Below are positions 18,041 through 20,000 of a DNA stretch of 20,000 nt, piece by piece (position 1 is the stretch's first letter; each line of letters starts with the position of its first letter). Source of the stretch: an uncultured virus (IMG/VR IMGVR_UViG_3300022198_000011) (lineage: Duplodnaviria > Heunggongvirae > Uroviricota > Caudoviricetes). The position numbers and the translations under genes are program-made. Where the stretch lies: the IMG/VR virus record IMGVR_UViG_3300022198_000011. One strand, written 5' to 3'. Below the pieces are notes generated by a model. It saw only the letters and a list, made by a program, of their open reading frames with translations, was not told the origin of the DNA and did not search any database.

Positions 18041-19010
18041 GTATATCATCTCCTATTTTGTAATCCCCCATCCAAGCCGGGCAGCGCTCCATGAAGTCAC
18101 AGTAACTGCACTTGCTCTCGTTCTTGTCAGCAGGGAAGTCTCGCTTAAGGTGAGCGTCGACGAGCGCCTTGATGCGCTTCTCGACGGTTTTGGGTGCGTA
18201 ACGGCCACCCGGCCCGTTCACGGGCTCGTAGTCCCACACAGGACCATCGCCACCATTGATACCGCCGCCGGGAAAAGCCCAGCCCCATCCGACAACGGGG
18301 AGGAACTCCATGTGCGGGCTGTGTTCTAACATCATACGGTAGAACTGCATCTCAGAACGCATCTGAGCAGGCTTGTATTTGCTCCACTTGCCGGTCTTCA
18401 GTTCCATGAGAATGATACCCATGCGGTCATCGTCCATGAACATCCGGTCGATGTAGCCTTTCATGTGAATCGGCACCTCGGTTCCGTCGCTCGCTACAAC
18501 GATGCGAGTAGCATGCACTTCCGTCTCGTTACCCACGGGGAACCAGTCCTTGATTTCATCACGCTCGCAGTTGCACAGCCGTTGAAACGCCCACTTGACA
18601 TAGAGTCGTAGTTGCTCAGGCTCCCCGTAGATGTATGGCTCAGGAGGTGTAGGGAGTGTGTCGATGCAGAGGCTCAGGGCGGTGTCCTTGTCGCCCTTCT
18701 CGATGAGGTCGTAGACATCCTCTACGACATCTTCCATGGCCTTCCACCAGTATTCGACAGCGTCGTGGACATTGGACCCACGGATGTGATAATCCTGCTC
18801 CTCGCCACGCAGGCCGAGAATCTGCTGGAAGTAATACTGCTGAGGGCACCAATCGAAGGTGCCGACCGATGACTTGGTGACTCGGAGAATCTTGTCCTTC
18901 ATGTCGGGGTCCCAAGCGTAAGTGCTCTTCTCGTAGGATTTGAGGAGGTCTTCGTGCTCGTAAGTGTCACGCTCGTTATTGCCCCCTTCGGGGTTGGGAT
19001 TCCATCTCAC
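18033..19010 (-). CDS. Cas4/AddB-like PD-(D/E)XK exonuclease with Fe-S staple (325 aa)
   Basis: WCPQQY (Cys1), GSNVH, GYIDRM, ELKTG, EMQFY and CSYCDFMERC (Cys2-4). The GTG start at 19010 has GAGGTGA 6 nt upstream and a GTGA overlap. Confidence 0.88.
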   Translation of the reverse strand: MRWNPNPEGGNNERDTYEHEDLLKSYEKSTYAWDPDMKDKILRVTKSSVGTFDWCPQQYYFQQILGLRGEEQDYHIRGSNVHDAVEYWWKAMEDVVEDVYDLIEKGDKDTALSLCIDTLPTPPEPYIYGEPEQLRLYVKWAFQRLCNCERDEIKDWFPVGNETEVHATRIVVASDGTEVPIHMKGYIDRMFMDDDRMGIILMELKTGKWSKYKPAQMRSEMQFYRMMLEHSPHMEFLPVVGWGWAFPGGGINGGDGPVWDYEPVNGPGGRYAPKTVEKRIKALVDAHLKRDFPADKNESKCSYCDFMERCPAWMGDYKIGDDIHD

Positions 19011-19558
19011 TTCCAATCACCTCGTAGTGCTCCTGCGAGAGTGTCAAGGGAACGCATGTCGTTATCGTCCTTCAACCACACATTGTCGCAGATGGTCTTG
19101 ACTTTTTCACCCTTTGAAGCAACATCGGCGGCGAAGTTCCAACCACGAATAATGACTCTATTGCCTGACTCGGTCGTGAGCCACAGTAGAATACTATCGC
19201 TGTTGACATACTTCTCAAGTTGCTTTGGAGGCACCATGCGTTTGAGTTTGTCCCAATCTTCACCCCGAAGTCCCTTGACTTCGACCGGTTTTTCTTTCAG
19301 TTCAATGTCAGGGTTCTCAATGTCGCCACGGTAATTCGTCTTCATTGATTGATAGAGGCGAGTGAGATAGACTTCAGCGGCAATTTCACAACGGGCACCA
19401 ACGATAGCACCGAAAAGGCGGTTGTGGCTGTAGACACCAGTCCCAGTGTTGTCGTGATGCTCCTTGGTTTTTTGAGCGTGTTCACGACACCACTCCACTT
19501 GTGAGTCGGTCAAGTTGATGGTGACCGCTCCGTTGATGGTTTCAACCATGACGCTCAT
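19007..19558 (-). CDS. Putative PD-(D/E)XK restriction-endonuclease-like protein (183 aa)
   Basis: GARCEIAAEVYL...NPDIEL...VEVKG gives the E...PD..ExK signature. ATGA overlap at the start. Confidence 0.6.
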   Translation of the reverse strand: MSVMVETINGAVTINLTDSQVEWCREHAQKTKEHHDNTGTGVYSHNRLFGAIVGARCEIAAEVYLTRLYQSMKTNYRGDIENPDIELKEKPVEVKGLRGEDWDKLKRMVPPKQLEKYVNSDSILLWLTTESGNRVIIRGWNFAADVASKGEKVKTICDNVWLKDDNDMRSLDTLAGALRGDWK

Positions 19559-19836
19559 CCGAAGTGACCCCCCGGTGAGTTGGTCATGCGCTTGTATTCA
19601 CGAGCAAAGTTGGTCAGGGCCATCTCCTTGCTCTGAGCGACGACATCAAGGTCAGCGAAGTATTGCTCCTCAAGCACAACATCAATGCGAGCGACGGCAT
19701 CCCACGGAAACAGGACATGACCTTCGCCTGTGTCAACAGCCATGAAAGATGAGAAGGGACCGTCAGGTAGAACAAACTCTCCCTCGACAATGTCACTTGT
19801 GCCTCCGGGCTTAGCGAACTCCACTCTGACTTTCAT
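19555..19836 (-). CDS. Hypothetical protein (93 aa), possible small beta-barrel plus C-terminal helix
   Basis: Start reassigned to ATG 19836 (GAGGTGA SD, ATGA overlap). MKVRVEF...VEGEF...HVLFPWDAVARIDVV. Confidence 0.65.
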   Translation of the reverse strand: MKVRVEFAKPGGTSDIVEGEFVLPDGPFSSFMAVDTGEGHVLFPWDAVARIDVVLEEQYFADLDVVAQSKEMALTNFAREYKRMTNSPGGHFG

Positions 19837-20000
19837 TCGCTCACCTCTTCCATCAGGCGCTGCACATACACAGCGGCGTCCATGAGTTCTTCCTGCAGGT
19901 GCTGCAGCCACTCCAGCAGGTTGAGGTCGCCACGCTCCATGGTTACACCATACTTCTTCTTTCCAACAGCAGCACGCTGCTGAATCTTCTCGCACACTTC
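19833..20000 (-). CDS. 5'-partial small phage protein, all-alpha NTP-pyrophosphatase (MazG-like) motif (not in ORF track)
   Basis: Hand translation: EVCEKIQQRAAVGKKKYGVTMERGDLNLLEWLQHLQEELMDAAVYVQRLMEEVSE*. It has GxxKYG and EExxD..Y motifs, and its stop overlaps the next ATG. Confidence 0.7.
   Translation of the reverse strand, partial: EVCEKIQQRAAVGKKKYGVTMERGDLNLLEWLQHLQEELMDAAVYVQRLMEEVSE

Noticed and set aside
18033..19010. CRISPR-Cas locus
   Set aside because: No repeat-spacer array, cas1 or cas2 is seen.
19837..19995. N-terminal Cys-rich extension of the 146-aa ORF
   Set aside because: It overlaps the real MazG-like gene in another frame. The SD and ATGA overlap support a start at 19836.

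Overview
Gene-dense 20 kb fragment of a tailed dsDNA virus with an archaeal host, most consistent with a Marine Group II (Poseidoniales) 'magrovirus'. The host assignment is inferred from a group II chaperonin, an archaeo-eukaryotic PriS-PriL primase, an XPF/ERCC4 nuclease, a PIP-box protein and GGTGA Shine-Dalgarno sites. There are two convergent blocks meeting at about 11675-11682. The + strand (1-11674) is a virion/tail module: a 5'-truncated giant protein (>2290 aa), a baseplate-hub-like protein, a small collar-like protein and a mosaic tail fibre. The - strand (20000-11683) is a tightly coupled replication/recombination block: MazG-like fragment, small beta protein, PD-(D/E)XK nuclease, Cas4-like nuclease, PIP-box protein, primase, wHTH-Zn finger, XPF, MCM-like ATPase, DEDD exonuclease, thermosome and two Zn-finger microproteins. 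Two genes absent from the ORF track were read by hand: a 31-aa CxxC/CxxC microprotein and the MazG-like partial gene. Several start codons were revised using SD sites and stop/start overlaps. No rRNA, tRNA, CRISPR array, integrase or reverse transcriptase was seen. All calls come from motif recognition by eye; no database search was run.
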